This document shows, piece after piece, positions 26,656 to 27,347 of a DNA stretch of 27,347 nucleotides. The notes under the pieces are model-generated. The model did no database searches and had not been told where the DNA came from. It worked only from the letters and a program-made list of their open reading frames with translations. Origin of the DNA: Candidatus Thorarchaeota archaeon (lineage in GTDB: Archaea; Asgardarchaeota; Thorarchaeia; Thorarchaeales; Thorarchaeaceae); the NCBI GenBank assembly GCA_020348985.1, contig CP070761.1, forward strand, positions 2,129,770 to 2,157,116. Reading direction: 5' to 3'. The position numbers and the translations under genes are program-made. Every line of letters starts with the position of its first letter. Position 1 is the stretch's first letter.

Positions 26656-27347
26656 ATGGAATCTGTGATTCAATCCAGTCAAGAACAGAAAAAGCAGCGC
26701 TGCGTCAGGAAAGTGATTATTCTAGGACAGAACAGTGCGCTCTTGGCTGGATATCTGAGAAGGGCCTCTTCGGACTGTGTCTCTTTTCAACTCTATTCCA
26801 CACTGGGAGTGGGCATTGGGGTCTCAAGAGTAGATATCGAAGACAATCTTGAGATAGCCCTTCAGCTTTGGAGCTTGCCTAACGAACAACGCAGGTTCGA
26901 CTTCACTCAGGGATTTGCAAAGGGGCACAGCGGCGCAATAATCGTTGTTGAGGAGAATGAGCTCGAGCATGTACCGAGTTTGCTGACACATCTCAATGAG
27001 GCAACCGAAGACAAAGTGATGTTTGCTGTGGTTGGCTCTATCAGGGCAGCAGAGAGGCTTGCTCAGAATCTACAAGTCACTTACAAGAAGAACATCGAGG
27101 TCGTATCCATGCCCGATGTGCTCAGTTCTATGCCTTGCCTAGTGAAGGCGATGTACTCGAAGGACACTGAGAATCCGAAGCTCCCATTCATTGTAAGTAT
27201 CCCAGAGGAACAGTGCCACGAGTTTCATCCTCAACCAGGCTCATCAATGATGGATCCGCCCACACGAGATGAGATAAGAGAAATCAAGAGTCTTGTCAGA
27301 GATTGGAATGTTGAGGTAATTCAAGACACAGTCATTATCAACATGCA
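26656..27347 (+). CDS. Partial ORF (runs off the window): Rab/Ras-like small-GTPase fold with degenerate G motifs
   Basis: My translation gives 230 stop-free codons from ATG 26656: MESVIQSSQEQKKQRCVRKVIILGQNSALLAGYLRRASSDCVSFQLYSTLGVGIGVSRVDIEDNLEIALQLWSLPNEQRRFDFTQGFAKGHSGAIIVVEE... There is an in-frame TAA at 26638 upstream. Confidence 0.75.
   Translation, partial: MESVIQSSQEQKKQRCVRKVIILGQNSALLAGYLRRASSDCVSFQLYSTLGVGIGVSRVDIEDNLEIALQLWSLPNEQRRFDFTQGFAKGHSGAIIVVEENELEHVPSLLTHLNEATEDKVMFAVVGSIRAAERLAQNLQVTYKKNIEVVSMPDVLSSMPCLVKAMYSKDTENPKLPFIVSIPEEQCHEFHPQPGSSMMDPPTRDEIREIKSLVRDWNVEVIQDTVIINM

Noticed and set aside
1-27347. tRNA, rRNA, CRISPR array, IS/integrase or prophage
   Set aside because: I saw no cloverleaf, regularly spaced repeats, transposase/integrase motifs or terminal repeats. 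This was visual inspection only.

Overview
Gene-dense archaeal chromosomal window. It is most likely from an Asgard archaeon such as Thorarchaeia. This is inferred from TATA-type promoters, GTG/TTG starts, surface proteins with C-terminal Ig-like domains and a Rab-like ORF. There are about 20 CDS. Amino-acid and energy metabolism: lysine 6-dehydrogenase/saccharopine dehydrogenase family enzyme, threonine dehydratase, SDR-type threonine 3-dehydrogenase, PPDK, an uncharacterised fold-type II PLP enzyme, TrpB2 and an ADP-forming acyl-CoA synthetase alpha subunit. Cell surface: two tandem paralogous glycoprotein-like anchored proteins, an EB_dh/DOMON-like anchored protein, two GT-C type glycosyltransferases and a 4-repeat membrane protein. 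Regulation and other: an orphan ~16-TM histidine kinase, a PadR-methyltransferase-like fusion, a PIN-domain multidomain protein and a cupin. Two notable signals are absent from the ORF track. (1) The trpB2 upstream region has four TGTACA-like boxes in exact 10-bp phase abutting a TATA box. These are followed by a structured leader with a Trp-containing 16-aa uORF, a candidate repression plus attenuation system. (2) A 3'-truncated ORF at the window end looks like a Rab-like pseudo-GTPase with all nucleotide-binding motifs but G2 degenerate. No rRNA, tRNA, CRISPR or mobile element was recognised. All assignments come from motif reading by eye; no searches were run.
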